From NCBI GenBank assembly GCA_963787715.1, contig CAWBEC010000001.1, positions 1,990,449 to 2,054,448 of the forward strand: a DNA stretch of 64,000 bases, written 5' to 3'. The position numbers and the translations under genes are program-made. Below, one piece after another: positions 10,654 through 19,371 of the stretch. The stretch is from an uncultured Acidobacteriota bacterium (lineage in GTDB: Bacteria > Acidobacteriota > Terriglobia > Terriglobales > Acidobacteriaceae). The notes below the pieces were generated by a model. It saw nothing but the letters and a program-made list of their open reading frames with translations. It was not told the DNA's origin and made no database searches. The number at the start of each line of letters is the position of its first letter. The stretch's first letter is position 1.

Positions 10654-11649
10654 CTATGCTGGATTTGTTTTCATAAACGCTTCGATCCTTGCCGCTTCCT
10701 GCTCGCTCAAGCGGAACGTCGCCGCCGGAATAATCCCATCTACCTGGCCGGGTCTGCGCGCTCCCACAATGGCTCCGGTCACCTCCGGATTGCGTAATGT
10801 CCAGGCGATTGCCACAACCCCTGGCTGCACCCGGTGTACGTTACCGATCTCGCGCAGCAGCTCCACCAGCTTCAAGTTGCGTGAGAGCTTCGGTTCCTGG
10901 AACTGTGGAGCGCGGCGACGCCAGTCGTCCTCCGGCATCTTCGCAATGCGCTCTGCCGTCATCATTCCGGACAGCAGTCCGCTGGCCATCGGTGAGTAGC
11001 CAATCACGCCGATGTTGTGGGCCTTGCAGAATGGCAGAATCTCCTCCTCCACCGCCGTATCCAGCAAAGAATATGGCGGCTGTAGAGAGGTGATCGGCGC
11101 AATCTTCATCGCCCGTTCCATCTGTCCCACATTGAAATTGGAAACGCCGATGTAGCGCACCTTTCCCTCATCCTTGATGCGCGCCAGCGTCTCCCATCCT
11201 TCTTCGATCTCCGCCTCCGGATCAGGCCAGTGAATCTGGTATAGGTCGATCACATCCAGCTTTAAGCGCCGCAGCGAATTCTCTACCTCCTCGCGCAGCG
11301 AGTCCCTTTTCAGGCTCCTGTAGATCCGGCGGTTCTTCTCCTCCCAGCGCATCGAGCACTTGGAAAAGATGTAGGGATTGGTCGAGCTGTGGGCCAGAGC
11401 TTTGGCCACAATTTCCTCGGAATGCCCGAGGCCATAAATTGCCGCAGTGTCGATCCAGTTCATGCCGCACTCCAATGCGCGATGAATGGTCTCCACCGAT
11501 TCGCGGTCGTCCTGTGGCCCCCAGCCAAAGTCCCAGTCGCCGCCGCCAATCGCCCAAGCTCCAAAGCCGATTGGAGTGATCTTCAAATCTGAATTTCCAA
11601 GTTGGCGCGTTTCGCGTGAGGTGCGATTTCTCTCAATCGTTGTAGACAT
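10654..11649 (-). CDS. Aldo/keto reductase
   Basis: 331-aa ORF with GFGAWAIGG...WIDTAAIYGLGHSEEIV...YIGVSNF, typical AKR motifs. Confidence 0.9.
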   Translation of the reverse strand: MSTTIERNRTSRETRQLGNSDLKITPIGFGAWAIGGGDWDFGWGPQDDRESVETIHRALECGMNWIDTAAIYGLGHSEEIVAKALAHSSTNPYIFSKCSMRWEEKNRRIYRSLKRDSLREEVENSLRRLKLDVIDLYQIHWPDPEAEIEEGWETLARIKDEGKVRYIGVSNFNVGQMERAMKIAPITSLQPPYSLLDTAVEEEILPFCKAHNIGVIGYSPMASGLLSGMMTAERIAKMPEDDWRRRAPQFQEPKLSRNLKLVELLREIGNVHRVQPGVVAIAWTLRNPEVTGAIVGARRPGQVDGIIPAATFRLSEQEAARIEAFMKTNPA

Positions 11650-11688
11650 ATTCTTTCGATGCGCAGGGCATCGCCTCGGTCACATGAT

Positions 11689-12456
11689 CTATGCCGCGCT
11701 AAACCTTTCGTGCTTGCCTTGCTCCCTGCTGCGCGCACGCAAGTAGTCCTGCGCGTTGTGATAACCCTCAATCGTGCCCACGTCCATGTAGTGCTCGCCA
11801 TTGGCTGTGGCGTGAACCGGGTTCCCTGCTTCGATGTAGGCATTGAGCAAATGGCCCAGGTATTCGTCCTCACGGTGGCGCGACTCCCAGAGCATGCGGA
11901 GATCGTGGAAGGCCCGGCCCGAGGCAGTTACCGCGCCCCATATCCAGTTCGAACCAGGATTCGGCTGCTTCACTACAACCTGCTTCACGCGCCCACTCTC
12001 ATCACAGAGCACAGCATCGAAGACGCTCGGGTCTGCCACTGGAAACAGCACCAGCTTCACCCCCGGCCCTTGCTCCACCGAAGCATGAAAGGCGTTCTCG
12101 GGATACCAGATGGTGTCCGGAAGGCCGATCAGCACCGGTTCATCGTGGCGCACAAAGCTCTCGGCGCGGAAGATAGCATCGCACAAACCGCGCGGTCGCC
12201 GCTGCACCGCATAGAAGATCTCCGCCCCGTAATCGCGCTCGGCATAATAGCGCACAATGTCACTTTTTTCGGCTGAAATCACCATGCAGATCTGGCTGGC
12301 TCCAGCGGCAATCATACGCTCCACCAGGTACTCTGAAACAGCCTTGGGCCGCTCGATCCCTTCCACCTCGCGGGAGCCAACGGGCAGAAGCTCTTTGCTG
12401 CATCCAAGCGGCTGAATGCGGAGGCCGGCGCCGGCAGCAGGAATGATTCCGATCAT
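11689..12456 (-). CDS. Sugar-phosphate nucleotidyltransferase (RfbA/GlmU-like N-terminal fold)
   Basis: MIGIIPAAGAGLRIQPLGCSKELLPV is the G-x-G-t-R-x-P nucleotide-binding loop. There is a 4-nt ATGA overlap with the upstream glycosyltransferase-like gene. Confidence 0.85.
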   Translation of the reverse strand: MIGIIPAAGAGLRIQPLGCSKELLPVGSREVEGIERPKAVSEYLVERMIAAGASQICMVISAEKSDIVRYYAERDYGAEIFYAVQRRPRGLCDAIFRAESFVRHDEPVLIGLPDTIWYPENAFHASVEQGPGVKLVLFPVADPSVFDAVLCDESGRVKQVVVKQPNPGSNWIWGAVTASGRAFHDLRMLWESRHREDEYLGHLLNAYIEAGNPVHATANGEHYMDVGTIEGYHNAQDYLRARSREQGKHERFSAA

Positions 12457-13550
12457 GCAACCTCCATCGGGGCTTTGCGAGGGTTGAACGAGCTGGCTGC
12501 GTCAAGCGCAGACAGCATGGTGAGTGCGCGCTGGCGTCCGGTATGCTCGTCGAGGGTGCGCTGACGGGCGCGGCTGGCGATTCCTAGCAACTCTGCATCG
12601 GAAGCTTCGAGCAGGCGCAGCACGTCCTCGGTCTCGCTGGCGACCAGCACCTCCTCGCCGGGCTTAAAGAACAAATCGAGTCCACGGAACCAATCGGTAA
12701 CAATCGGCGCGCCACAGGCCGCAGCTTCAAAGAACCGCCCGGAGGGACAATACCCGGACGCCGCCATTTCCGCTCGCGTCAGATTGAGCGTGAGGCGCGA
12801 AGAGCAGTAAAGCGCGGGATGATCGCTGGGCCCAACATGCTCAAAGCGCCGCACATTCGCAGGCCAACGCCACTCCCAAGGATAGAGTGAACCGGCGAGC
12901 GTGAACTGCGAAGAGGGACGTCGCCGGGCAGCTTCCAGGAACATGGCTTCCAACTTGGCCTGCCGGTCCGGAGCGTAGGTGCCCATGTAGCTGAGTTCGC
13001 AGCGCAGCTCAGGGTAGGGTTGCACCGGGCGATAGACATCCGGATCCACGCAGCCGAAGAGGGGGCACGCCAGCTTCACCCCGAACTCCCGCTCCAGCGC
13101 AACCAGCGCGCCACCGCCTGTCCAGGAGAACACAAGGTCGAAGGCAGGCAGCTGGCTCGCGCGCAGGTAGTCCAGATCGCCCTCGGCAAGGCGATTCAAG
13201 GTGATCGGCGTATCCAGGTCGTAGAAGACGCGCAGTGGTGCGTCCAGCGAGAGCAGCGCGTCGGCAATGCGCGCACCCTCCGGAACATAGCTGGCGGTCA
13301 CGACCACATCGGACTCGGCAGCTTCGGCCAGCGCCTGGCTGCGGATGGCGTCCCACGACGAGTACAGCTTGAGCTCGCAATAGCCGCACTCGTTAAAATC
13401 ACGATGCTTCGCGTAATACGGAACATCGCGCTCGTAGAAGGTGATCCGGTGCCCAAGCTGATGAAGCGCACGCAGAATTGCCCGATACGGCGTGGCATGA
13501 CCATTGCCCCAGGAAGATGACAGTGTCAGGCCGAAAAGTGTGATCTTCAA
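12453..13550 (-). CDS. CgeB-like/GT1-type glycosyltransferase family protein
   Basis: (M)KITLFGLTLSSSWGNGHATPYR... with C-terminal RFFEAAACGAPIVTD (GT-B C-terminal motif). I prefer the TTG start at 13550 over the track's 13598. Confidence 0.7.
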   Translation of the reverse strand: MKITLFGLTLSSSWGNGHATPYRAILRALHQLGHRITFYERDVPYYAKHRDFNECGYCELKLYSSWDAIRSQALAEAAESDVVVTASYVPEGARIADALLSLDAPLRVFYDLDTPITLNRLAEGDLDYLRASQLPAFDLVFSWTGGGALVALEREFGVKLACPLFGCVDPDVYRPVQPYPELRCELSYMGTYAPDRQAKLEAMFLEAARRRPSSQFTLAGSLYPWEWRWPANVRRFEHVGPSDHPALYCSSRLTLNLTRAEMAASGYCPSGRFFEAAACGAPIVTDWFRGLDLFFKPGEEVLVASETEDVLRLLEASDAELLGIASRARQRTLDEHTGRQRALTMLSALDAASSFNPRKAPMEVA

Positions 13551-13808
13551 AGCGCACCATCCGGTTCCGCAGCCCAGCCTGCAAAAGCGGGCAGACAAGT
13601 CCTGCTCAGCTTTGGATGAAAGGTATGCGCGAGATGTTTGCTCGAATTTGTCCTGAAAGCATCGGCTGGTCTGCCAATTGCGGACCGCGCTGACACGGAG
13701 AAGGGAGTGCGAAGGAGCGCAACGAGCCCGTTTGTTTGCAATGGTAAAGCACTGCTCAATGCAGCCGGAAGACGGCCTGAGCCGTCCCCCGGCTGCAGAG
13801 ACTCAGGC

Positions 13809-14231
13809 TTACGCCAGCTTTGCGTCCAGGGTGATTTCCGCGTTGAGCACGCGCGAGACCGGGCATCCGGCCTTGGCGTCGGCGGCGGCTTTCTGGAACT
13901 TGGCGTCGTCGGAGTTGGGAACCTTCGCGCGACACTCCAGGTGAATTTTGGTGATGGTGAAGCCCGCGTCGGTCTTCTCAAAGGTGAGCGCGGCTTTGGT
14001 ATCGATCGCCTCTGCCTTCAGGCCAGCGCCATCCAACTGCGCGGAGAGCGCCATGGAGAAGCATCCCGCATGTGCTGCGGCGATCAGTTCCTCGGGGTTG
14101 GTGCCCACGCCATTCTCAAAGCGCGTGAGAAATGAATACTGCGTCTGCGACAGGACTCCACTTGCCGTGGAGACAGTCCCTCGCCCGTCCTTTAATCCGC
14201 CCTCCCAGTGGGCGCTTGCCGTTCTTTGCAT
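13809..14231 (-). CDS. osmC: OsmC family peroxiredoxin
   Basis: 140-aa ORF with TNPEELIAAAHAGCFSMAL and AGCPVSR, the two conserved Cys of OsmC. Confidence 0.9.
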   Translation of the reverse strand: MQRTASAHWEGGLKDGRGTVSTASGVLSQTQYSFLTRFENGVGTNPEELIAAAHAGCFSMALSAQLDGAGLKAEAIDTKAALTFEKTDAGFTITKIHLECRAKVPNSDDAKFQKAAADAKAGCPVSRVLNAEITLDAKLA

Positions 14232-14549
14232 TGCGATGGCTCCTAACGTGCGCGCTGATATGCGCCATCGATCATGCTACACCCGATCTCCACTCGACGA
14301 TCTGCCATGGGTGCCGTGCGGGGTGAAGTATTGCGCGAAAAGCCAATCGTTTCCGAGTTGAAGTTTACCGATCGGTACATCCTTGGCCGAATCCACAAAA
14401 GATTCACTCTGGAGTAACTGGCTGACGCCCGGAGGATTGGCGGAAGAGTGAATGGCCGTCTGGAACGAGAGTTCAGGCGCGAGAGGGTGGGTAAAAAGAA
14501 AGGCCGGGCTCGCAACTCTGGCGCGGTGAATTTATACTTTCCGGAACCT

Positions 14550-15065
14550 ATGACGAATCGAAAGCAGCTGCTCTTTTCTGGATTAGTTGTAGTTCTGATT
14601 CTTGCGGCCTCATGCCAACGCTCCGGCGATAAGCTCAAGCCGAGCGCGCTGGCCTCTGGGCTATACAGCGGACAGAGTATGGAAGCGGTGGAGCGCAAGC
14701 TGAATGGCGGCAGTTTTGAAGTCATCGAAGATCGCACGCCGCTGCCCAGCGATACGCGCCCTGCCTACCGTCTGCTGGTAATCTCAAAGAAGGACGCGCG
14801 GGTTGACGGGCAGGCGGGCGAACTGGTGCTCACGTTTTTCAATGACCGCCTGATGACCTCGCAGTTTTATTCGGCTGACGTGGCTGCCGCGCGCGCTGCA
14901 GTGGAGGCCGGTGAGCGGTTTTCGCTGTCTGGTGGCGATGCCCACATCCAGCCCTCCACGCGAGTCTGGGTTGGGAAAGACGAGAACGGGCGCAGCTACA
15001 TTGGATGGATTGACAAGGCTCTGCAGGGTGAGCAGGATGCCTGGTTGAAACAGTACGGACAATAA
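14550..15065 (+). CDS. Hypothetical lipoprotein
   Basis: MTNRKQLLFSGLVVVLILAASC has a lipobox-like LAASC. No recognisable domain. Confidence 0.55.
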   Translation: MTNRKQLLFSGLVVVLILAASCQRSGDKLKPSALASGLYSGQSMEAVERKLNGGSFEVIEDRTPLPSDTRPAYRLLVISKKDARVDGQAGELVLTFFNDRLMTSQFYSADVAAARAAVEAGERFSLSGGDAHIQPSTRVWVGKDENGRSYIGWIDKALQGEQDAWLKQYGQ

Positions 15066-15085
15066 AAAAGGAACGCAGGAGCGAA

Positions 15086-15370
15086 ATGACCCCGATTGAT
15101 CTGAACCAATTGCGCACCCAGATCGACTCCATCGATACCAAGCTGGTGGAGTTGCTCAATGAGCGTGCCTATTGCGTGCTGGAAATTGGCCGCTACAAGC
15201 AGCAGAACCAACGCGCGGTCTTTGACACCCAGCGCGAGGAAGCGGTGATGACCAACGTGGCGCAGAGCAATAAAGGGCCGCTGCCGGAGGAAGAGCTGAA
15301 GACGATCTACGTGGCCATTCTCGCGGCCATGCGCCGGCTGCAATCGCCGGATCTGCTGGAGCACTCGTGA
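15086..15370 (+). CDS. Chorismate mutase (AroQ class)
   Basis: 94-aa ORF with LRTQIDSIDTKLVELLNERA...IGRYK. There is a 4-nt overlap with tyrA. Confidence 0.85.
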   Translation: MTPIDLNQLRTQIDSIDTKLVELLNERAYCVLEIGRYKQQNQRAVFDTQREEAVMTNVAQSNKGPLPEEELKTIYVAILAAMRRLQSPDLLEHS

Positions 15371-16296
15371 GCCTGAAGCGCGTTACCGTGATCGGCCTCG
15401 GGTTGATGGGAGGCTCGCTGGCACTGGCGCTGCGCCGCGCCGGATTGGTGGAACACGTTGTGGGTTGCGGTCGCGCGGAGCTGATTCGGCGGGCACTGGA
15501 GATGTCTGCCATCGACTCGGGCTGCTCGGATGCGGCGGAGTCGGTTGCCGGCAGCGACTTTGTCTTTCTCTGCACCCCGGTGGAGACCAGCATTGCGCTG
15601 CTCAAGCAGATTGCGCCGCGGCTCGGTCCGGGAGCGTTGGTCACCGACGTGGGCAGCACGAAGGGTGCGTTCGCCGCGGCGGCTCGCGAGATTCTTGGCG
15701 CTTCGGCTAACGAGCGAGTGCTTCCCGGACATCCGCTGGCGGGTCGCGAGGTCTCCGGCCTGGAGCACGCCGAGGCCGATCTTTACGCGGGATGCGTCTG
15801 GGTGCTGACCCCGCTCAACGACGAGGCGGCAGTTGCGAGCCAAGCGGTGGTTGCAGGGGAGGGCGGAAACACTGCGACTGCTTCGCACCGTGTTTTACAA
15901 GTTGCTTCGCACCGCACGTTGCAAGCGGCGCTGGAGGCGATTGGCGCGCGTGTGGTCTTCACCACTCCCGAGGAGCATGACCGCACCCTGGCCTATACCA
16001 GCCATCTGCCGCAGATGCTCTCAACCGCACTGGCACTGACCCTTGAAGAGGCGTTCGGCAGCAAAGGGAATCCGGCGCTGCAGATTCATGCAGGCGGCTT
16101 GCGCTCGATGCTGCGCCTGGCCGGGAGCGAGCCCGCGATGTGGGAGCAGATTGCTGCCAGCAATCGCGTCAATATTGCCGAGGCGCTGGAGCGGATGGAA
16201 GTCGAAGTGCGAAAGTTGCGCGAGAGTTTGGGCAGCTCGGAGTTCCGCAGGAAGTTTGAAGAGGCGCGTGAGTTTGCGAAGTTTGTGAAGGGGTGA
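15367..16296 (+). CDS. tyrA: Prephenate dehydrogenase
   Basis: VTVIGLGLMGGSLALAL (Rossmann fold) and PEEHDRTLAYTSHLPQ. It contains an extra ~25-aa insertion with a 24-nt tandem duplication (15880-15927). Confidence 0.9.
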   Translation: MSLKRVTVIGLGLMGGSLALALRRAGLVEHVVGCGRAELIRRALEMSAIDSGCSDAAESVAGSDFVFLCTPVETSIALLKQIAPRLGPGALVTDVGSTKGAFAAAAREILGASANERVLPGHPLAGREVSGLEHAEADLYAGCVWVLTPLNDEAAVASQAVVAGEGGNTATASHRVLQVASHRTLQAALEAIGARVVFTTPEEHDRTLAYTSHLPQMLSTALALTLEEAFGSKGNPALQIHAGGLRSMLRLAGSEPAMWEQIAASNRVNIAEALERMEVEVRKLRESLGSSEFRRKFEEAREFAKFVKG

Positions 16297-16344
16297 TCGT
16301 CAGAATCCTGCTCGGTTAAAACCGAGGCGAGCGGAAAATCGAGG

Positions 16345-16419
16345 GCTGGTTGAAGAGCCTGGGGCGGCACGAGATATTTGAGCGGGGCGGGGGTCCTTCA
16401 CTTCGTTCAGGATGACACC
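16345..16419 (+). repeat. ~75-bp intergenic repeat, family 1, copy a
   Basis: GCTGGTTGAAGAGCCTGGGGCGGCACGAGATATTTGAGCG...GGGGTCCTTCACTTCGTTCAGGATGACACC aligns with copies at 21490 and 38597. It lies just after the tyrA stop. Confidence 0.65.
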
Positions 16420-16469
16420 AAAGAAGGAGCAGGAGCCAGCGGTGTGCCTCGCGCTTTCGTGAAAGGTAA

Positions 16470-16682
16470 TTATCCGAGTATCTGGCTGAGAAGAGAGCGG
16501 ACGATGAGGTAGCCTGCTCCGATGAGACAGAGGGTGACGGCGAGCAGGAGTGCGGCGTAGAGGCCTTCCTTGCCGGGCGCGGGAGGGGTGACGCCCAGGT
16601 AGAGCGCGAAGAAGTTGTGAACCGCGCTCTGGAGAAAGGTGCGCTTGGGGTCGGTGGTGGTCATGATCTCGCGCTCGCGCAT
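16470..16682 (-). CDS. Small hypothetical membrane protein
   Basis: 70-aa ORF with one clear TM helix (LYAALLLAVTLCLIGAGYLIV). No other support. Confidence 0.35.
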   Translation of the reverse strand: MREREIMTTTDPKRTFLQSAVHNFFALYLGVTPPAPGKEGLYAALLLAVTLCLIGAGYLIVRSLLSQILG

Positions 16683-16769
16683 ACTGTTCAGGTCATCATA
16701 GCTGCGCCGGGGGCGGCGATGGGAAAGATTTCCGTCCGAAGCTGAAGCGCACGAGATTATTTACAATCG

Positions 16770-18203
16770 GTGCTGATGAACGTTCTCAAGGAATTATTCG
16801 AGCAGCACTTTCACTCCGAACCCTCGCTGGTGCGGCCGGTGCAGGGGGAGCTTGGCGGATCGGGGCGCACCATCGTCCGCCTGGCCAATGAAAGCTTCAG
16901 CGCCATCGGCGTGCAGCACGATGTGAGGGAAGAGAACGCTGCGTTCCTCGAATTCTCAAGGCACTTTCGCCGCCACGGTCTTGCGGTGCCGGAGATTTAC
17001 GCGGAGGACCTCGGCAGAGGCGCATACCTTGAGGAAGACCTGGGAGACACCACGCTGTTTGAGTTTCTCTCGCAACATCGCGTGGGCCAGGAGATTGCTC
17101 CCGTGGTGGTGGAGGCCTATCGCAAGGTAGTGGAGGAGTTGCCGCGCTTCCAGGTAGAGGCCGGTCGGGATTTGAATTACAAGGTCTGCTATCCGCGCGA
17201 CAGCTTCGACCGGCAATCGATTGCGTGGGATTTGAACTACTTCAAGTACTACTTCCTTCGGCTCGCTGCGATCCCTTTCAATGAACAGGCGCTGGAGGAG
17301 GACTTCAAGCGCCTGACGAAGTTTCTGTTGAGCGCCGACCGCGGTTATTTTCTCTATCGCGATTTTCAGTCGCGCAACATCATGCTGCGCGAAGGGCGTC
17401 CTTATTTCCTCGACTACCAGGGCGGCCGCAGGGGCGCGCTGCAATATGACATTGCGTCGCTTCTGTTTGATGGCAAGGCCGATTTGCCGGCGGAGTTGCG
17501 GGAGCATCTGCTGGATCATTATCTCGAATCGCTAGGTCGATATATCGATGTAAAGCGCGAAGCGTTTTTGCAGCACTACTACGCCTATGTGTACGTTCGC
17601 ATGATGCAGGCATTGGGCGCCTACGGATTCCGCGGATTCTACGAACGCAAGCCGCACTTTCTGCAGAGTGTTCCATATGCGCTGAAGAACCTGCGCTGGC
17701 TGCTGCACAACGTTACGCTGCCGGTGGCGCTGCCTGCGTTGATGGACGCGTTCACGGGTATGGTTGGCTCGGAAAAACTGCATAGCATTGCGGCACAGGC
17801 GGAAGGGCTTACGGTGGTGGTGTCGAGTTTCTCTTTTCACCGCGGGCCACTGCAGGACGAGAGCGGACACGGCGGAGGATTTGTCTTCGATGCGCGCAGC
17901 CTGCCGAATCCGGGGCGCGAGGAGCGCTTCAAAACCCTGACGGGCCGGGACGCAGCGGTGATCGAATATCTTGGCGCGCAGCAGAGCGTGCATCAGTTCC
18001 TGGCGAGTGTGATGTCGCTGGTGGATGCCAGCGTGAATGATTATCTGCGGCGCGGATTCAAGAACCTGATGGTTTCATTCGGCTGCACCGGTGGCCAGCA
18101 TCGCTCGGTGTACTTGGCAGAGCAGGTGGCGAAACGCCTCGGCGGAAGAAGCGGAGTCAGGGTTGTGTTGCAGCATCGGGAGCAGGAGAAGTGGGTCCGA
18201 TGA
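16770..18203 (+). CDS. amgK: Anomeric MurNAc/GlcNAc kinase (AmgK-like) fused to a RapZ C-terminal-like domain
   Basis: The N-terminal ~330 aa form an APH-type kinase (YRDFQSRNIML, FLDYQGG). The C-terminal ~130 aa carry FDARSLPNPGREERFKTLTGRD...VSFGCTGGQHRSVYLAEQ, which resembles the RapZ C-terminal domain. The gene is coupled to murU (ATGA overlap). Confidence 0.75.
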   Translation: MLMNVLKELFEQHFHSEPSLVRPVQGELGGSGRTIVRLANESFSAIGVQHDVREENAAFLEFSRHFRRHGLAVPEIYAEDLGRGAYLEEDLGDTTLFEFLSQHRVGQEIAPVVVEAYRKVVEELPRFQVEAGRDLNYKVCYPRDSFDRQSIAWDLNYFKYYFLRLAAIPFNEQALEEDFKRLTKFLLSADRGYFLYRDFQSRNIMLREGRPYFLDYQGGRRGALQYDIASLLFDGKADLPAELREHLLDHYLESLGRYIDVKREAFLQHYYAYVYVRMMQALGAYGFRGFYERKPHFLQSVPYALKNLRWLLHNVTLPVALPALMDAFTGMVGSEKLHSIAAQAEGLTVVVSSFSFHRGPLQDESGHGGGFVFDARSLPNPGREERFKTLTGRDAAVIEYLGAQQSVHQFLASVMSLVDASVNDYLRRGFKNLMVSFGCTGGQHRSVYLAEQVAKRLGGRSGVRVVLQHREQEKWVR

Positions 18204-19003
18204 AGGCGATGATTCTGGCTGCGGGACTTGGCACACGGCTGCGGCCGCTTACGAATGACCGGCCCAAGGCGTTGGTGGAGGTCGGAGGGCGCACGCTGCT
18301 GGAGATTACGCTGCGCCGCCTGCAACGATTCGGCATCAGCGCAGTGATCATCAACGTGCATCATTTTGCCGATCTGGTTGTGGAGTATCTGAAGGCGAAT
18401 GATGACTTCGGGATGAGGATTGAAATTTCGCGCGAGGACGAGTTGCTCGATACGGGCGGCGGGCTGAAGAAGGCGGCAGATTTTTTTCTCCGCGACGTTC
18501 ATCAGCAAGGCGAGGCTAAGCCGGAAGAGCCGTTTCTTCTTCACAACGTCGATGTGCTCAGTTCGATCGACCTAGGGGCGATGGTGAAGTTTCATCGCGA
18601 GCAGGATGCACTGGCGACACTGGCGATGCGGCCACGGGAGAGCTCGCGCCAACTGCTGTTCGACGAGCGTCTTCAACTCTGCGGGCGGCGCGTGGCGGAA
18701 GCCGAGGAGGCCGAGATGGTTCGTCCTGCGCGGCAGCCGCAGGCGCTGGCATTTTCCGGGATTCACGTTGTCTCGCCACGCATTTTTTCTTTTATGGATA
18801 GGCAGTTGAGGAATGAATCGAATGGGGCCGGGATGCGCGAGGAGCGCGTTTTTCCGATCATTCCGATGTATCTGCGCATGGCCGGCGAGGGCGAAAAGAT
18901 TCTTGCCTTCCGGGCTGACGGCGCGTACTGGCGCGACCTTGGAACGCTGGCGAGTTTGCAGCAGGCGGCGGCGGATATCGAGCAGAAGGTTCTTGAGACT
19001 TAG
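18200..19003 (+). CDS. murU: N-acetylmuramate alpha-1-phosphate uridylyltransferase (MurU-like nucleotidyltransferase)
   Basis: MKAMILAAGLGTRLRPLTNDRPKALV. The ATG overlaps the amgK stop, and the pairing with an AmgK-type kinase supports the call. Confidence 0.8.
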   Translation: MKAMILAAGLGTRLRPLTNDRPKALVEVGGRTLLEITLRRLQRFGISAVIINVHHFADLVVEYLKANDDFGMRIEISREDELLDTGGGLKKAADFFLRDVHQQGEAKPEEPFLLHNVDVLSSIDLGAMVKFHREQDALATLAMRPRESSRQLLFDERLQLCGRRVAEAEEAEMVRPARQPQALAFSGIHVVSPRIFSFMDRQLRNESNGAGMREERVFPIIPMYLRMAGEGEKILAFRADGAYWRDLGTLASLQQAAADIEQKVLET

Positions 19004-19059
19004 ACGGAACGTGGGAGTGGGAGTTCTCACCGCGGGGTGAAGCGCGTAGACTGAAGGAC

Positions 19060-19227
19060 ATGTCACAGCAAAGAGAAGAACGCGCCCGCCAGAAGTTCGC
19101 CGATAAGATGCGCCAGAAGAGCCTGACCGCCAGGAATGTGAAGCAGGCGGCGAAGAACGCACCCGAGAGCAAGGCTGCGTCAACCAACGCTGGGTTGAGC
19201 AATGCGGAGAGCGGCAAAAAGGACTAA
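19060..19227 (+). CDS. Possible small basic protein (55 aa), below the ORF-track cutoff
   Basis: MSQQREERARQKFADKMRQKSLTARNVKQAAKNAPESKAASTNAGLSNAESGKKD*. GAAGGA lies directly before the ATG, too close for a good SD. Weak call. Confidence 0.25.
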   Translation: MSQQREERARQKFADKMRQKSLTARNVKQAAKNAPESKAASTNAGLSNAESGKKD

Positions 19228-19371
19228 TCGTTTCCCGTTTACGCATTGTGGCCTGAGACATTCAGAGAAGCTGATTTTGGCACGAGCCGGATTCGGTGAA
19301 GAGCGGCCGTTTGCGGTGAACAGCTCTCAGTTTTTGTCTCATTTCTTGCGTAGGCGCTGTACAATCGCGGG

